From an uncultured bacterium (GTDB taxonomy: Bacteria; Patescibacteriota; Patescibacteriia; CAIQCM01): a DNA stretch of 64,000 nucleotides. Under the pieces are notes generated by a model. That model ran no database searches. It was not told where the DNA came from and saw nothing but the letters and a program-made list of their open reading frames with translations. Position numbers and translations under genes: made by a program. The stretch is taken from the NCBI GenBank assembly GCA_963708045.1, contig OY970181.1, positions 707,740-771,739 on the forward strand. Reading direction: 5' to 3'. Positions 35,967 through 46,592 of this stretch are shown piece after piece; the first letter of the stretch is position 1; every line of letters begins with the position of its first letter.

Positions 35967-37307
35967 TTACTTTAGTGTAAGTGCGACAACTGTTTCAATG
36001 TGTGGCGTTTGCGGGAAGAGATCAAGACAACGAGTTTGTTTAATGTCGTAGACCGCGAGTAATTGTTTAAGGTCGCGAGCTAGGGACACGGGATTACACG
36101 AAACGTAAACCAGTCGCTTGGCTTGGTAAGCCACAAGTTCGGAAAGGGCGGACGGGTGAAGTCCTGGTCTTGGCGGGTCAACAACAATTACGTCTGGCTT
36201 GTCGCGCGAAAGAACAATTGGCAAAATTGATTCGGAAGTGCCGGAAGAAAAAATTACGTTGGCGACTTTGTTTAGCATGGCGTTTTCTCGTGCCGCGGCG
36301 ACGGCGGATTCATCCAACTCCACGCCAATTGTTTCCTTGGCCGTTTTTGCGAGGGCAAGGGTAAGAAAACCCGCGCCGCAATAAAGATCAAGGCAAGTTT
36401 CGGTCTTTTTAACGTCGGCAAATTCACAAACGGTATTTTGCAGTTCAGCGGCCATTGCGCTGTTGGTTTGAAAAAACGAGGCTGGCTGAATTTTGTAAAT
36501 AAGGTCGTTAATTTTTTCTGTTAAAAATGGGTTTCCAAAGAGTGGGCGAATTGTTTTGGGAATGGAAAGATCGGTTATTTCCGGATTAATGCCGTGGATG
36601 ATTGAAGTTGCAAAAGGGGAGAGGTTGTCAATTAATTTTTTTTCCGCCGGCAAAGTTGGGGATTCGGCTGAGGTAATAATCATTACCATTCGTTCGCCAG
36701 TATTTTTTCCTTCGCGGATAACGACGTAACGCAAAAGTCCCTTGCCGCTTTTTTGATCGTATGGCGCGACTTTATTTTTTTTAACATAAGCGCGAATAAC
36801 GTCCAAAATTTTTGGGGCGACTTCCGAAAGCATCAAACAATTTGGAAGATTTAATACTTTATTCCAGTGCTCAGGTTCTTTAAGACCGATTTCGCCATTA
36901 AGGCCAATAACATAATCCATTCGGTTGCGATGATGTAACTGGCTTGTAGCACTTTGCAAATGGCTTATCGTTACGGCAAGACCCTCGGCGGCCATTGCCT
37001 TATTTACTGATTCAAGTTTAAGTTCAGACTGACGATCATACTTAATCATCTGCCATGGACAGCCGCCGCAAACACCGGCGCTTTCACAAGGTGGCGGTAT
37101 GCGATCGGATGAAGGGGAAACGATCTCAAGTATTTTAAGGCGCAGCGCGCCTTTGGTTCGCGAGGTTATTATTCCGCGAACGGTTTCGCCGGGTAGGACG
37201 AAATACGCTAAACCATCGCGTTCGTCAATTTTAAAAAGACCGCGCCCTTTTTCGTCGGTGGCATCAATTTTTACGGTAATTTCATCATTTATCTTCGGGC
37301 GTGACAT
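35967..37307 (-). CDS. rlmD: 23S rRNA (uracil-5)-methyltransferase, RlmD/TrmA family
   Basis: TRAM domain, CxxxxxCGGC Fe-S motif, SFFQTN, LDLYCGAG, DPPRPG, YVSCNP, DLFPQTPHIE. Confidence 0.92.
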   Translation of the reverse strand: MSRPKINDEITVKIDATDEKGRGLFKIDERDGLAYFVLPGETVRGIITSRTKGALRLKILEIVSPSSDRIPPPCESAGVCGGCPWQMIKYDRQSELKLESVNKAMAAEGLAVTISHLQSATSQLHHRNRMDYVIGLNGEIGLKEPEHWNKVLNLPNCLMLSEVAPKILDVIRAYVKKNKVAPYDQKSGKGLLRYVVIREGKNTGERMVMIITSAESPTLPAEKKLIDNLSPFATSIIHGINPEITDLSIPKTIRPLFGNPFLTEKINDLIYKIQPASFFQTNSAMAAELQNTVCEFADVKKTETCLDLYCGAGFLTLALAKTAKETIGVELDESAVAAARENAMLNKVANVIFSSGTSESILPIVLSRDKPDVIVVDPPRPGLHPSALSELVAYQAKRLVYVSCNPVSLARDLKQLLAVYDIKQTRCLDLFPQTPHIETVVALTLK

Positions 37308-37339
37308 AATTGGCTGTTTTTGGTAATATATTATTCAAT

Positions 37340-38095
37340 ATGGAAAAAGGAAAACCCCTTCTTTCAATCATCATACCAACCTTGGATGAAGAAACAAACC
37401 TGCCGCGGCTTCTTGAAACGATTGCTAAACAAACGTTTCGTGATTTTGAGGTGATTGTCGCAAATTCGCCAAGGTCAGTAGACAAAACAGAAGAAATCGC
37501 GCTTGCCGCCGGTTGCCGCGTAGTAGAGGGCGGGGCGGTGTCGGCCGGACGAAACAACGGCGCTGCCGCGGCTCTGGGTAGCTTTTTTTTGTTTCTTGAC
37601 GCGGACGTGGTTTTACCAAATAATTTTTTTCTTGAAGATACCGCAAACGAATTTGTTGCCCGCGATCTTGATTTGGCGACTTGTCGCATTCGGGCGCTAG
37701 AGAATGGACTTTATGACCGGATGTTTTATGGTGTTTATAATGCGTATACGGTTGTCTTGGAAAAAATTTTGCCGCACATCCCGGGTTTTTGTTTCTTTAT
37801 CAAACGCTCAGTTTATGAAGCGGTCGGCGGCTTTGACGAGGAAATTCGTTTGGCCGAAGATCATGACCTCGCGCGCCGCGGCGCGAAGATCGGAACGTTT
37901 GGTTTTTTGAATACGCAAATAATTCCGGTTTCTAGCCGGCGCTTTGATCGCGATGGTCGGTTTGCGACCGCTGTAAAATATATTCTTTGCGAATTGCATA
38001 TGTTGACGATCGGTCCGGTCAAGTCAAATATTTTTAAATACAATTGGGGGCACGGCGACCACAAGCTAGATGCGTCTGAACTGCATAAAAAATAA
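37340..38095 (+). CDS. Glycosyltransferase family 2
   Basis: SIIIPTLDEE, GRNNGA, LFLDAD, GGFDE...AEDHDL, SSRRF. Confidence 0.9.
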   Translation: MEKGKPLLSIIIPTLDEETNLPRLLETIAKQTFRDFEVIVANSPRSVDKTEEIALAAGCRVVEGGAVSAGRNNGAAAALGSFFLFLDADVVLPNNFFLEDTANEFVARDLDLATCRIRALENGLYDRMFYGVYNAYTVVLEKILPHIPGFCFFIKRSVYEAVGGFDEEIRLAEDHDLARRGAKIGTFGFLNTQIIPVSSRRFDRDGRFATAVKYILCELHMLTIGPVKSNIFKYNWGHGDHKLDASELHKK

Positions 38096-38097
38096 AC

Positions 38098-39720
38098 ATG
38101 TTAGGAAAATTTTGGAATAACGAATCAAAGACCATAACTTCTGCCGCCATTCTTTTGGGCGGCGCGTCGCTGGCTTCAAAAGCTTTGGGCGTACTTCGTG
38201 ATCGGACACTTGCTGGTGTTTTTGGCGCCGGCGATACACTTGATGCCTACTATGCGGCCTTTCGTTTGCCGGATATGATTTTTAATTTGCTTGTCGCTGG
38301 CGCTCTTTCGGCTGGCTTTATTCCCGTGATTGCGGAATATTTTTTACGCGATCGCCAAAATAAGACCGGAACAGCTTGGAAATTGACCAACGAAATGATG
38401 AGTGTTCTCGCGGTGTTACTTTTGGTTCTTTCTGGCTTGGCCGCGCTTTTGGCTCCCTACCTTATCCCAATGATCACGCCGGGATTTTCCGGTGCCAAGC
38501 TTGAACTCACGATCCATTTGTCACAGATAATGTTCGTCTCGCCAATTGTGATGGGTATTTCCGCGATTCTTGGTGGTGTCCTTCAGAGCACAAAAAGATT
38601 TTTGTTTTTCGCTGCGGCGCCACTTTTTTATAATGCCGGAATTATTTTTGGTGCGCTTGTTTTTTGCCGGTATTTTGGAACTTATGGTTTGGCAATGGGC
38701 GTTGTTTTGGGCGCTCTTCTCCATCTTATTATTCAATTAGTTCCCGTTCGCAAACTCGGTTGGCGTCCGCGTTTTTCTTTGCCAAGCGACGGGGGAGTTA
38801 AAAGAATCTTTTTGCTTTCCGCGCCGCGCGTGCTTTCGATGGCCGTTTCGCAGATTGATCTCGTCGCCGCGACAATCGTCGCTTCGCTCCTTGCGACCGG
38901 CGCTGTTTCTATCATCAATTTGGCAAGTAATTTGCAAGCGGTGCCGGTTTCGTTTATCGGCATTTCATACGCGGTCGCGGCTTTTCCCGCGCTTTCCCGC
39001 CTTGCGGCTGAAAATAACAAAAGCGAATTCATTAATAATGTGAGCCGAGTTAGTCGGCAAATTTTGTTTTTTGTTGTGCCTTTTGCTGCCTTGTTTTTAT
39101 TACTTCGTGCGCAAACCGTTCGCTTGGTTTTGGGAAGTGGCAATTTTGATTGGAACGATACAATTCGCACCGCCGACGCCTTGGCGTTTTTTTCGCTGTC
39201 CATTCCGGCACAGGCGATCGTTCCGCTGCTTGCCCGTGCCTTTTATTCTTTAAAGGATTCAACAACGCCGCTCCTTGTTGCACTCGTTGCCGTTGGTGCT
39301 GATATTATTGGTAATTTGACTTTGGGACGAATGATGGGCGTAGCTGGTTTGGCGCTCTCGTTTACAATTTCATCATATATCTACGCAATGTTGCTTTGGG
39401 TAATGTTGCGGTTAAAACTGGGGACGCTTTTAGAAAGTCAGGTTGTTAAATCGCTTGCCAAGATAACGGTTGCTGTTGCCCCGATGGCACTCGTTGTTCA
39501 ACTTGTTAAAACGGCAATTGGCGGGTTTGTTAATATGCAAACGTTTGTTGGTGTTGCGATCCAGTTTGTTATTGCCGGCGGCGCAGGGATTATTGTTTAC
39601 TGTGGCGTCGCTGCTTTGGTTAAGTCTGATGAAGCTAATTCGTTATTAATGTCGCTCCGGCGGCGGATGGGTTTTAAAGACTTGCCGCTTATGGAAGCCG
39701 ATGAAGTGGTGGAAGTATGA
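38098..39720 (+). CDS. murJ: Lipid II flippase MurJ (MviN)
   Basis: SKALGVLRD, DAYYAAFRLPD, GALSAGFIP, ARAFYSLKDSTTP. Confidence 0.95.
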   Translation: MLGKFWNNESKTITSAAILLGGASLASKALGVLRDRTLAGVFGAGDTLDAYYAAFRLPDMIFNLLVAGALSAGFIPVIAEYFLRDRQNKTGTAWKLTNEMMSVLAVLLLVLSGLAALLAPYLIPMITPGFSGAKLELTIHLSQIMFVSPIVMGISAILGGVLQSTKRFLFFAAAPLFYNAGIIFGALVFCRYFGTYGLAMGVVLGALLHLIIQLVPVRKLGWRPRFSLPSDGGVKRIFLLSAPRVLSMAVSQIDLVAATIVASLLATGAVSIINLASNLQAVPVSFIGISYAVAAFPALSRLAAENNKSEFINNVSRVSRQILFFVVPFAALFLLLRAQTVRLVLGSGNFDWNDTIRTADALAFFSLSIPAQAIVPLLARAFYSLKDSTTPLLVALVAVGADIIGNLTLGRMMGVAGLALSFTISSYIYAMLLWVMLRLKLGTLLESQVVKSLAKITVAVAPMALVVQLVKTAIGGFVNMQTFVGVAIQFVIAGGAGIIVYCGVAALVKSDEANSLLMSLRRRMGFKDLPLMEADEVVEV

Positions 39721-39781
39721 AACATGAACCATGTACCATGAACCATCCGTTTGGTACATGGTACATGGTTAATGGTTCATG
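39717..39781. repeat. Heptamer array with inverted arms (ATGWACC / TGGTWCA family)
   Basis: atgaaac atgaacc atgtacc atgaacc ... tggtaca tggtaca tggttaa tggttca; starts on the murJ stop. Confidence 0.92.
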
Positions 39782-39789
39782 TAAAAAAT

Positions 39790-41571
39790 ATGGATGAAAA
39801 AAAGATTAGAAATTTTGTTATCACTGCCCACATTGATCATGGCAAGTCCACGCTTTCCGATCGGCTTTTGGAAATAACCGGAACGGTGGCAATGCGCGAA
39901 ATGAAGGCGCAAATTTTGGATGCGATGGATTTGGAGCGCGAGCGGGGAATTACGATCAAGCTCGCGCCGGCACGAATGAATTGGAAAGGTAACGAATTGA
40001 ATTTGATTGATACGCCGGGACACGTAGATTTTACTTATGAAGTTTCGCGTTCGCTCTCGTCGGTTGAGGGCGCGGTTTTGCTCGTTGACGCGACGCAAGG
40101 CGTTCAGGCGCAAACGATCGCCAATTTGTATTTGGCACTTGAACAGAATTTAAAAATAATTCCTGTTGTCAATAAAATTGATTTGCCAGCGGCCGAGCCC
40201 GAAGAAACGCGCGACGAACTCGTAAAACTTTTGGGTTGTCTACCAGAAGAAGTTTTGTTTGTTTCGGGAAAGTCGGGCAAAGGCGTGCCTGAGCTTTTGG
40301 ATGCCCTCGTGGAGCGTCTACCAATGCCAATGGGAAATCCGGATGCGCCTCTCCGTGCGCTTATTTTTGATTCATTCTATGACGAGTATAAGGGTGTCGT
40401 TGCGTACATTCGCATTGTGGACGGTGCTCTCCAGACCAAAGATCGCGTTCGTTTTATGGCAACCGGTTTTAAGTCGGAAGCTTTGGAGGTTGGGGTAATG
40501 CAACCAAAAATGAAAGAAACTGGTCGGCTCACTGCTGGCGAGATTGGTTATATTGTTACCGGCGAAAAAGATATTTCCGGCATTCGCGTCGGCGATACGG
40601 TCACGCTTATTGACGCGCACCCCGAAGCGCTTCCAGGTTATCGCGAAGTTAGACCGATGGTTTTTGCGGGAATTTTTGCCAAAGAAGGTTCGAGCTATGA
40701 ACGCTTGCGCGAAGCGATGCTTAAATTAAAACTTTCCGATGCTTCGCTTATTTTTGAACCAGAACAATCAACGGCGCTTGGTTTTGGTTTTCGCGTTGGC
40801 TTTCTTGGTTTGTTGCATTTGGAAATTATTCAAGAACGTTTGCGGCGCGAATATGGCTTGGACTTAATCGTGACCGCGCCGTCGGTTGCGTATCGTGTGA
40901 CCAAAACCGATGGCAAAGAACTTATTGCCAAGTCGCCGCAGGATTTGCCCGATGCTACATATCTTGAAGGCGTGGCCGAGCCGTGGGTAAAACTCGCTGT
41001 CATCTGCCGCGAAACTGACATTGGCGGCGTCCTTGGCCTTGTTGCCGACAAGCGCGGAGTTTATAAAAATACCGAATATCTTGGCGAAGAACACAAGCGG
41101 GTGATTATTTCCGCCGAACTGCCACTGTCCGCGATTGTTATTGATTTTTACGACAAGCTTAAATCAGTCAGCTCGGGCTATGCGTCAATGTCGTACGAAT
41201 TTTGCGATTATCGGCCGGCAGACGTTGTCAGAATGAATATTTTGGTTGCCGAAGAACCGGTTGAAGCGTTGGCGTCGCTTGTTTACCGCAATGAAGCTCA
41301 ACGGGTTGGCCGCAAGATTGTGGAAACACTTAAAGAGTCAATTCCGCGCCAAATGTTTGAAGTGAAAATTCAGGCCGCGATTGGTGGCAAGGTTGTCGCT
41401 TCGGAGCGAATTCCCGCAATGCGCAAGGATATGCTCGCCAAAATGAGCGGGGGAGACGTAACTCGTAAAATGAAACTTTTAAAGAAACAGAAAGAAGGTA
41501 AAAAGAAAATGAAAGCCGCCGGCCACGTTGACCTCCCGCCCGAAACTTATTTGGCGGTGTTGAAGAGGTAG
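39790..41571 (+). CDS. lepA: Elongation factor 4
   Basis: IRNF, AHIDHGKSTLSDR, ERERGITIK, GFLGLLH, GGDVTRKMKLL; ATG at 39790. Confidence 0.97.
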   Translation: MDEKKIRNFVITAHIDHGKSTLSDRLLEITGTVAMREMKAQILDAMDLERERGITIKLAPARMNWKGNELNLIDTPGHVDFTYEVSRSLSSVEGAVLLVDATQGVQAQTIANLYLALEQNLKIIPVVNKIDLPAAEPEETRDELVKLLGCLPEEVLFVSGKSGKGVPELLDALVERLPMPMGNPDAPLRALIFDSFYDEYKGVVAYIRIVDGALQTKDRVRFMATGFKSEALEVGVMQPKMKETGRLTAGEIGYIVTGEKDISGIRVGDTVTLIDAHPEALPGYREVRPMVFAGIFAKEGSSYERLREAMLKLKLSDASLIFEPEQSTALGFGFRVGFLGLLHLEIIQERLRREYGLDLIVTAPSVAYRVTKTDGKELIAKSPQDLPDATYLEGVAEPWVKLAVICRETDIGGVLGLVADKRGVYKNTEYLGEEHKRVIISAELPLSAIVIDFYDKLKSVSSGYASMSYEFCDYRPADVVRMNILVAEEPVEALASLVYRNEAQRVGRKIVETLKESIPRQMFEVKIQAAIGGKVVASERIPAMRKDMLAKMSGGDVTRKMKLLKKQKEGKKKMKAAGHVDLPPETYLAVLKR

Positions 41572-41612
41572 TGCCTTGTCGGGGTCGCGAGAAAGGGCTA
41601 TGATAATGCCTT

Positions 41613-41711
41613 ATGAAATTTAAACGACGAGTTTTATTTAAAATAGTTTGGTTGGTGATTGCTTTCCTTACTATTTTATCAATGGTCGCGTTCTCAATTG
41701 GAATAGGATAA
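41613..41711 (+). CDS. 32-aa single-TM small protein (not in the ORF track)
   Basis: MKFKRRVLFKIVWLVIAFLTILSMVAFSIGIG*, ends 7 nt before recJ. Confidence 0.55.
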   Translation: MKFKRRVLFKIVWLVIAFLTILSMVAFSIGIG

Positions 41712-41718
41712 TAGTAAT

Positions 41719-43440
41719 ATGACAAAGCAGTGGCTCGTCGCCGAACCTTATCCAGCTGATTTTGGGAAAAATTTTTCCCATCTTTCTCCGGTTACGCTCC
41801 AATTGCTTTGGAATCGGGGCATGCGTGAAGAGAAAGAGATTGACGAATTTTTAGTCGCCGATTATGGGCGGCATATTTACGACCCGTTTTTATTCCGCGA
41901 TATGAAGACGGCAGTCGCGCGGATTTTTTCGGCGATTGATAAAAAAGAAAATATTTGCGTTTTTGGCGATTTTGACGCCGATGGCGTGGACGCGTCAATA
42001 ATTTTATGCACGACGCTCAGACTTTATGGCGTTAATCCGCGCGTTTATATTCCGCATCGCGAAACCGAAGGCTATGGGTTAAATGCCGGAGCGGTGGAAT
42101 ATCTTGCGAAAGAGGGCGACAATTTGATTATCACTTGCGATTGCGGAATTTCTAATGCCGCTGAAATTGCGATTGCCGTGGAAAAAGGGATGGACGTGAT
42201 CGTGACCGACCATCACGCCGAGCCAAAAGTTTTGCCTGACAAAGCGATTGCCTTAATTCATCCAAAACTCGCGCACGAAAATTATCCTTGCAAAAATCTT
42301 TCCGGCGGCGCCGTTGCTTTTAAAGTGGCGCAGGCGCTGCTTCGGACGCGTTCACCGCTTACGCCGGCGCAAACAGAAAATTTCATCAAGCGCCTAACCG
42401 AACTCGCGGCGATTTCGCTTGTTGCTGACATGGTGCCCTTGCTTGGTGAAGCGCGGACAATTACCAAGTACGGACTGATTGTTTTAAACAAAACAACGCG
42501 GCTTGGATTAAAAAAATTATTTGAAGCCGCCGGTGTCGTGCCTGGGCGGATTGACTCGCGCACAATCGGTTTTCAGATCGCGCCACGGATTAATGCCGCC
42601 GGACGGATGGATCACGCTAATGCCGCCTTTGCACTCTTGGACGCGAGCGACGACGAATCAGCAGTGCGCTTCGCAATTAATTTGAACGCGGCAAACGACG
42701 AGCGGCGCAAAGCAACGGAAACGCTTGTTGCTGAAGCGCGGGAAGAAATAATTAAAACCAACCAAGAAGAAGCGCCAGTCATCATTGTTTATAATGAGCG
42801 TTGGCCAATCGGACTGCTCGGTCTTGCTGCCGGTGAAATCGTTAAGGAATATAATCGACCGGCCTTTGTTTTTTCAAAAAAAACCAACGACGAAATGGTC
42901 GGCTCGGCGCGTTCTATTCCGGCGGTAAATGTAATTTTGGCAATGCAAAAAATGCCCGACGCCTTTTTGCGTTTTGGCGGACACCCGGGCGCGGCTGGAA
43001 TGAGTATTGTCCCAAACAAGTTTGATGAATTTAAAGAACGTTTTGCGGCCATTGTAAAAACCGAACTCAATGGAAAAGATTTAACGCCGTCAATAAATAT
43101 AGATGCTGAGCTTACGATTGCCGATATAAACTGGGATATTTTTGGTGATATTGAAAGATTCGCACCTTATGGAATGGGAAACAGGAAGCCATGTTTTTTG
43201 GCTCGTAATCTAACGGTTGTTTCGGCCGAGGCGATTGGCAAAGACGGCAAGCATCTGCGACTTTTGGTTTGTGCCGCGGGCGGCGAACGACGGAAGTGTA
43301 TTGCTTTTAGTTTTGGCGACCTTTCGGCCGAATTAAAAAGTGGGGATAAAGTTGATGTCGTTTTTGAATTGGAAAATAATGAATGGAACGGTCGCAACGA
43401 ATTGCAATTGAATATAACGGATTTGACGATTGTTAAATGA
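41719..43440 (+). CDS. recJ: Single-stranded-DNA-specific exonuclease
   Basis: GDFDADG, EGYGLN, TCDCGI, TDHH, PRINAAGR, GSARS, FGGH. Confidence 0.97.
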   Translation: MTKQWLVAEPYPADFGKNFSHLSPVTLQLLWNRGMREEKEIDEFLVADYGRHIYDPFLFRDMKTAVARIFSAIDKKENICVFGDFDADGVDASIILCTTLRLYGVNPRVYIPHRETEGYGLNAGAVEYLAKEGDNLIITCDCGISNAAEIAIAVEKGMDVIVTDHHAEPKVLPDKAIALIHPKLAHENYPCKNLSGGAVAFKVAQALLRTRSPLTPAQTENFIKRLTELAAISLVADMVPLLGEARTITKYGLIVLNKTTRLGLKKLFEAAGVVPGRIDSRTIGFQIAPRINAAGRMDHANAAFALLDASDDESAVRFAINLNAANDERRKATETLVAEAREEIIKTNQEEAPVIIVYNERWPIGLLGLAAGEIVKEYNRPAFVFSKKTNDEMVGSARSIPAVNVILAMQKMPDAFLRFGGHPGAAGMSIVPNKFDEFKERFAAIVKTELNGKDLTPSINIDAELTIADINWDIFGDIERFAPYGMGNRKPCFLARNLTVVSAEAIGKDGKHLRLLVCAAGGERRKCIAFSFGDLSAELKSGDKVDVVFELENNEWNGRNELQLNITDLTIVK

Positions 43441-43518
43441 AACATGGAATCATGTACCACACACCATGAACCATGTACCATACGCAAAATGGTTTATGGT
43501 GCGTGGTATATGGTCCAT
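43437..43518. repeat. Heptamer array with inverted arms (ATGWACC family)
   Basis: atgaaac...atgtacc acacacc atgaacc atgtacc ... tggttta tggtgcg tggtata tggtcca; starts on the recJ stop. Confidence 0.88.
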
Positions 43519-43528
43519 TTAATAAAAT

Positions 43529-43942
43529 ATGCCTAAAATCCTAACAATTTTTACAGACGGTGGCGCGCGCGGTAACCCTGGACCGGCTGGAATTGGCGTG
43601 GTTATAAAAAATGATTATGAAGTTGTTGAATCTTTTGGCCACTATATTGGCGAAACTACAAATAATCAGGCGGAATACAAAGCGCTGATTGCTGCGCTAG
43701 AACGCGCTTCCGCTCTTCGCGCCGAAGAGGTACAATGTAAGCTAGATTCCGAATTGGTTGTAAAACAAATGCGCCGCGAATATAAAGTGCGCGAACCTGG
43801 GCTCCAAAAGTTATTTCTTGAAGCTTGGAATCTGTCGCTCGCCTTCAAAAAAATTACTTTTTCCCATATTCCTCGCGAACAAAATAGCGAAGCTGACGCC
43901 GAAGTCAATAAGGCGATAGATGAACACGTGGGAAAAGCTTAA
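43529..43942 (+). CDS. rnhA: Ribonuclease HI
   Basis: TDGGARGNPGPAG, TNNQAEY, DSELVVKQ, HIPREQNSEAD. Confidence 0.93.
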   Translation: MPKILTIFTDGGARGNPGPAGIGVVIKNDYEVVESFGHYIGETTNNQAEYKALIAALERASALRAEEVQCKLDSELVVKQMRREYKVREPGLQKLFLEAWNLSLAFKKITFSHIPREQNSEADAEVNKAIDEHVGKA

Positions 43943-43993
43943 TCTATTTTGTGTATCGCTAGACTTGGTTTTGGACAAACGTTTAGATATTTT

Positions 43994-45490
43994 ATGAAGT
44001 CATTTTTTTATAAATTAGCAGGTATTACAACGATTGTTGCTTTTTTATTGCAACCGTTTGTAACCAAGGCGAGTTCTACGGACTGGTTTAAGGGCTGGGT
44101 TTGGTCGCCGAATATTGGTTGGGTTTCGTTAAACGCGATCAATACCGCGGCGGGGACTGATTTTGGCCTAACCATTAATCCGTCTAGCGGATACAGTCTA
44201 ACGGGCTGGGCATGGTCGGAAAATGTTGGCTGGATTTGTTTTGGAAGCACTTGTGTTAATGCGTCAAATAGTGCGCTTTGTCCGGCAAGTTGGTTGTCAT
44301 TTCTAGGTACGGCGACACCAAACGCGGCAATGAACCGGGCAGTTACTCCCTACGAGCTCACTGGTTGGGCGCGACTGTCGTCGCAAGATTTTTCAACAAA
44401 TTCGTCGCTCACAACCGCCGAACGGTGTAATCAGGGGTGGATATCGTTAAATTGTTCAAATAAAGCGAGTTGTGGGTCGCATGGCTATAACGTCAATGTA
44501 TATTCCTCAAACGGTTATTCGCTAAATGGTTATGCTTGGAGTTCAACAACTCCCGCTAACTACGGTGGGCTTGGTTGGATCAGGTTTGATCCAAATTACA
44601 GCGTTGACGAATATCAAAACCCTGAAACATATCAAGGAACAAAAGCCGGCGTGCCGTGGTTGCAGGTTGTTTACGGGAGCTTATATTCAAAGGGCGACGT
44701 AAAAACTTTTACGCCTTTTGCACAAACGTTTGGCGGAGCAAACGTGGCTTATTGTATTGATACCGGTGTTGGCGCGACGGTTTCTAATACTAACAATGGT
44801 GTTTGTACCGCTGCTGCTGGAACGGGGAACATTAACGCCGAACAAACGGTAAACGTAAATATTCCAACCGCGGCAACGCACTACTCTAATCTTTTTGGCA
44901 GAATTGATTTTGCTGGCATTCATGCCGGAACTTATGGAACGGTAAATAATTTAACGTCGGCGGCAAATATTACCAATCAACTAACGTCGGTTCTTGGTGG
45001 AAATATTTACGAAACACCAAATGGAACAACAACCTACACAATGTCGGCGAAAACCTTTAATAATGCTAGTGCTGGGCAAAATGGTTCCGGTCTTATAATT
45101 GTTCATGGGAATCTTAATATTACTGGGGATATCTCCTATCAGCTTGGTACGATTACCAAACTTTCTCAATTGGCTAGTTTGGGAATTGTTGTTCTTGATG
45201 ATGGGTCGGGTAATTATGGAAACGTGACGATTAGCCCGTCGGTTAAAACGGTCTCGGCAAATATTTTTGCGGAAGGTAAAATTTCAACCGGCACAACTGG
45301 AGTTGCTAAAAACGACGTCGCGCTAACGATTAACGGCGTCACTGTTGCTAAACAATATAATTTACAGCGGCTTTATGCCGGTTCGCCGTCGCAAGGATCG
45401 GAAAAAATTGTCTACGATGGACGGGTTATTGCCAACACGCCGCCGGGAATGAGCGACATTATTAAATCACTTCCCGTTATCAGCAATTAA
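43994..45490 (+). CDS. Secreted protein with GWAWS..GWI repeats, upstream of pilM
   Basis: Signal peptide; GWVWSPNIGWV, GWAWSENVGWI, GWAR..GWI, GYAWS..GWI; beta-rich C-terminus ending PPG. Confidence 0.8.
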   Translation: MKSFFYKLAGITTIVAFLLQPFVTKASSTDWFKGWVWSPNIGWVSLNAINTAAGTDFGLTINPSSGYSLTGWAWSENVGWICFGSTCVNASNSALCPASWLSFLGTATPNAAMNRAVTPYELTGWARLSSQDFSTNSSLTTAERCNQGWISLNCSNKASCGSHGYNVNVYSSNGYSLNGYAWSSTTPANYGGLGWIRFDPNYSVDEYQNPETYQGTKAGVPWLQVVYGSLYSKGDVKTFTPFAQTFGGANVAYCIDTGVGATVSNTNNGVCTAAAGTGNINAEQTVNVNIPTAATHYSNLFGRIDFAGIHAGTYGTVNNLTSAANITNQLTSVLGGNIYETPNGTTTYTMSAKTFNNASAGQNGSGLIIVHGNLNITGDISYQLGTITKLSQLASLGIVVLDDGSGNYGNVTISPSVKTVSANIFAEGKISTGTTGVAKNDVALTINGVTVAKQYNLQRLYAGSPSQGSEKIVYDGRVIANTPPGMSDIIKSLPVISN

Positions 45491-45513
45491 TTGTGCTATA
45501 ATAAAAGTATTGT

Positions 45514-46590
45514 ATGGGACTTTTTGGAATCGGGAAAATAAAAACCTTTCTTGGAGTGGATATCGGTACGGCTGGCGCGAAGATTATTCAACTTAAGGAA
45601 GAAAACGGTAGGTGCAAACTTCATACCTACGCTTTTTTTGATCGCCCGCTTAAAGATACCGCCCAAAGCCTTGTGGAAGCGCCTGATTATACGATTGCAA
45701 GCTTAAAGGAAATGATCAAACGGGCAAAATGCACGGCGGCAAAAGCGGTCGTTAGTTTGCCGATTTCTTCGGTTTTTATGTCGGTTTTAAGCATTCCGCG
45801 TCTTAATGAAAAAGAACAGCGCGGCGCGATTGAAGTTCAGGCGAGAAAAATTATCCCCATCCCGCTTGAAGAAATGATTTTGGACATTAAAAATATCGTA
45901 AATCCGGAAGATGAAAAAAAGCCAAAATCAGAACTTTCTAAAAATACCAAAATTCTCCTTACCGCGGCGCCAAAAAAACTTGTCGCTAAGTATATGGCCA
46001 TACTTAAGGGTGCAGGTTTGGAAATTGGGTCAATAGAACCCGAAGCCTTTTCTTTAATTAGATCGCTTGTTGGCAAAGATCGTTCCACCTCAATGATTAT
46101 TGACATTGGCGCGTTGCGCACATCGGTAATGGTTGTTGCTGAGGGGATTCCATATCTTACGCGTTCAATTGACGCTGGTGGAAATCGGTTTACAAAAGCG
46201 GCCGCTGTTTCGCTTAATGTTTCCGAAGAAGAAGCTGACTTAATGAAAGCGGATTTGCGGCCAGACCCAACGCTCCCACCGGGGAGCGTGGCTAAAGTGT
46301 TTGAAACGCCAGCAATGCAAATTGTTAACGAAATCGCTTTCTCATTAAAACTTTTTTCCGGATTAGCGGAAGCTCAAGGGAAAACGATTGATAAGATTAT
46401 TCTTACCGGCGGTGGTTCGCTTTTGCCGAATCTTGACGCTTTTATATCGGCAAAAGTAAATTTACGCGTTTTTCGCGGTGATCCTTGGGCACGAATTTTG
46501 TATCCCGACGCGGCACGCTCGGCGCTTGATGATATCGGTCCTCGTTTTTCCGTCGCCGTTGGTTTGGCGATGCGTGAATTTGATCAATAA
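45514..46590 (+). CDS. pilM: Type IV pilus assembly protein PilM
   Basis: LGVDIGT, IIDIGA, IILTGGGS, AVGLAMR (actin-like fold). Confidence 0.92.
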   Translation: MGLFGIGKIKTFLGVDIGTAGAKIIQLKEENGRCKLHTYAFFDRPLKDTAQSLVEAPDYTIASLKEMIKRAKCTAAKAVVSLPISSVFMSVLSIPRLNEKEQRGAIEVQARKIIPIPLEEMILDIKNIVNPEDEKKPKSELSKNTKILLTAAPKKLVAKYMAILKGAGLEIGSIEPEAFSLIRSLVGKDRSTSMIIDIGALRTSVMVVAEGIPYLTRSIDAGGNRFTKAAAVSLNVSEEEADLMKADLRPDPTLPPGSVAKVFETPAMQIVNEIAFSLKLFSGLAEAQGKTIDKIILTGGGSLLPNLDAFISAKVNLRVFRGDPWARILYPDAARSALDDIGPRFSVAVGLAMREFDQ

Positions 46591-46592
46591 AA

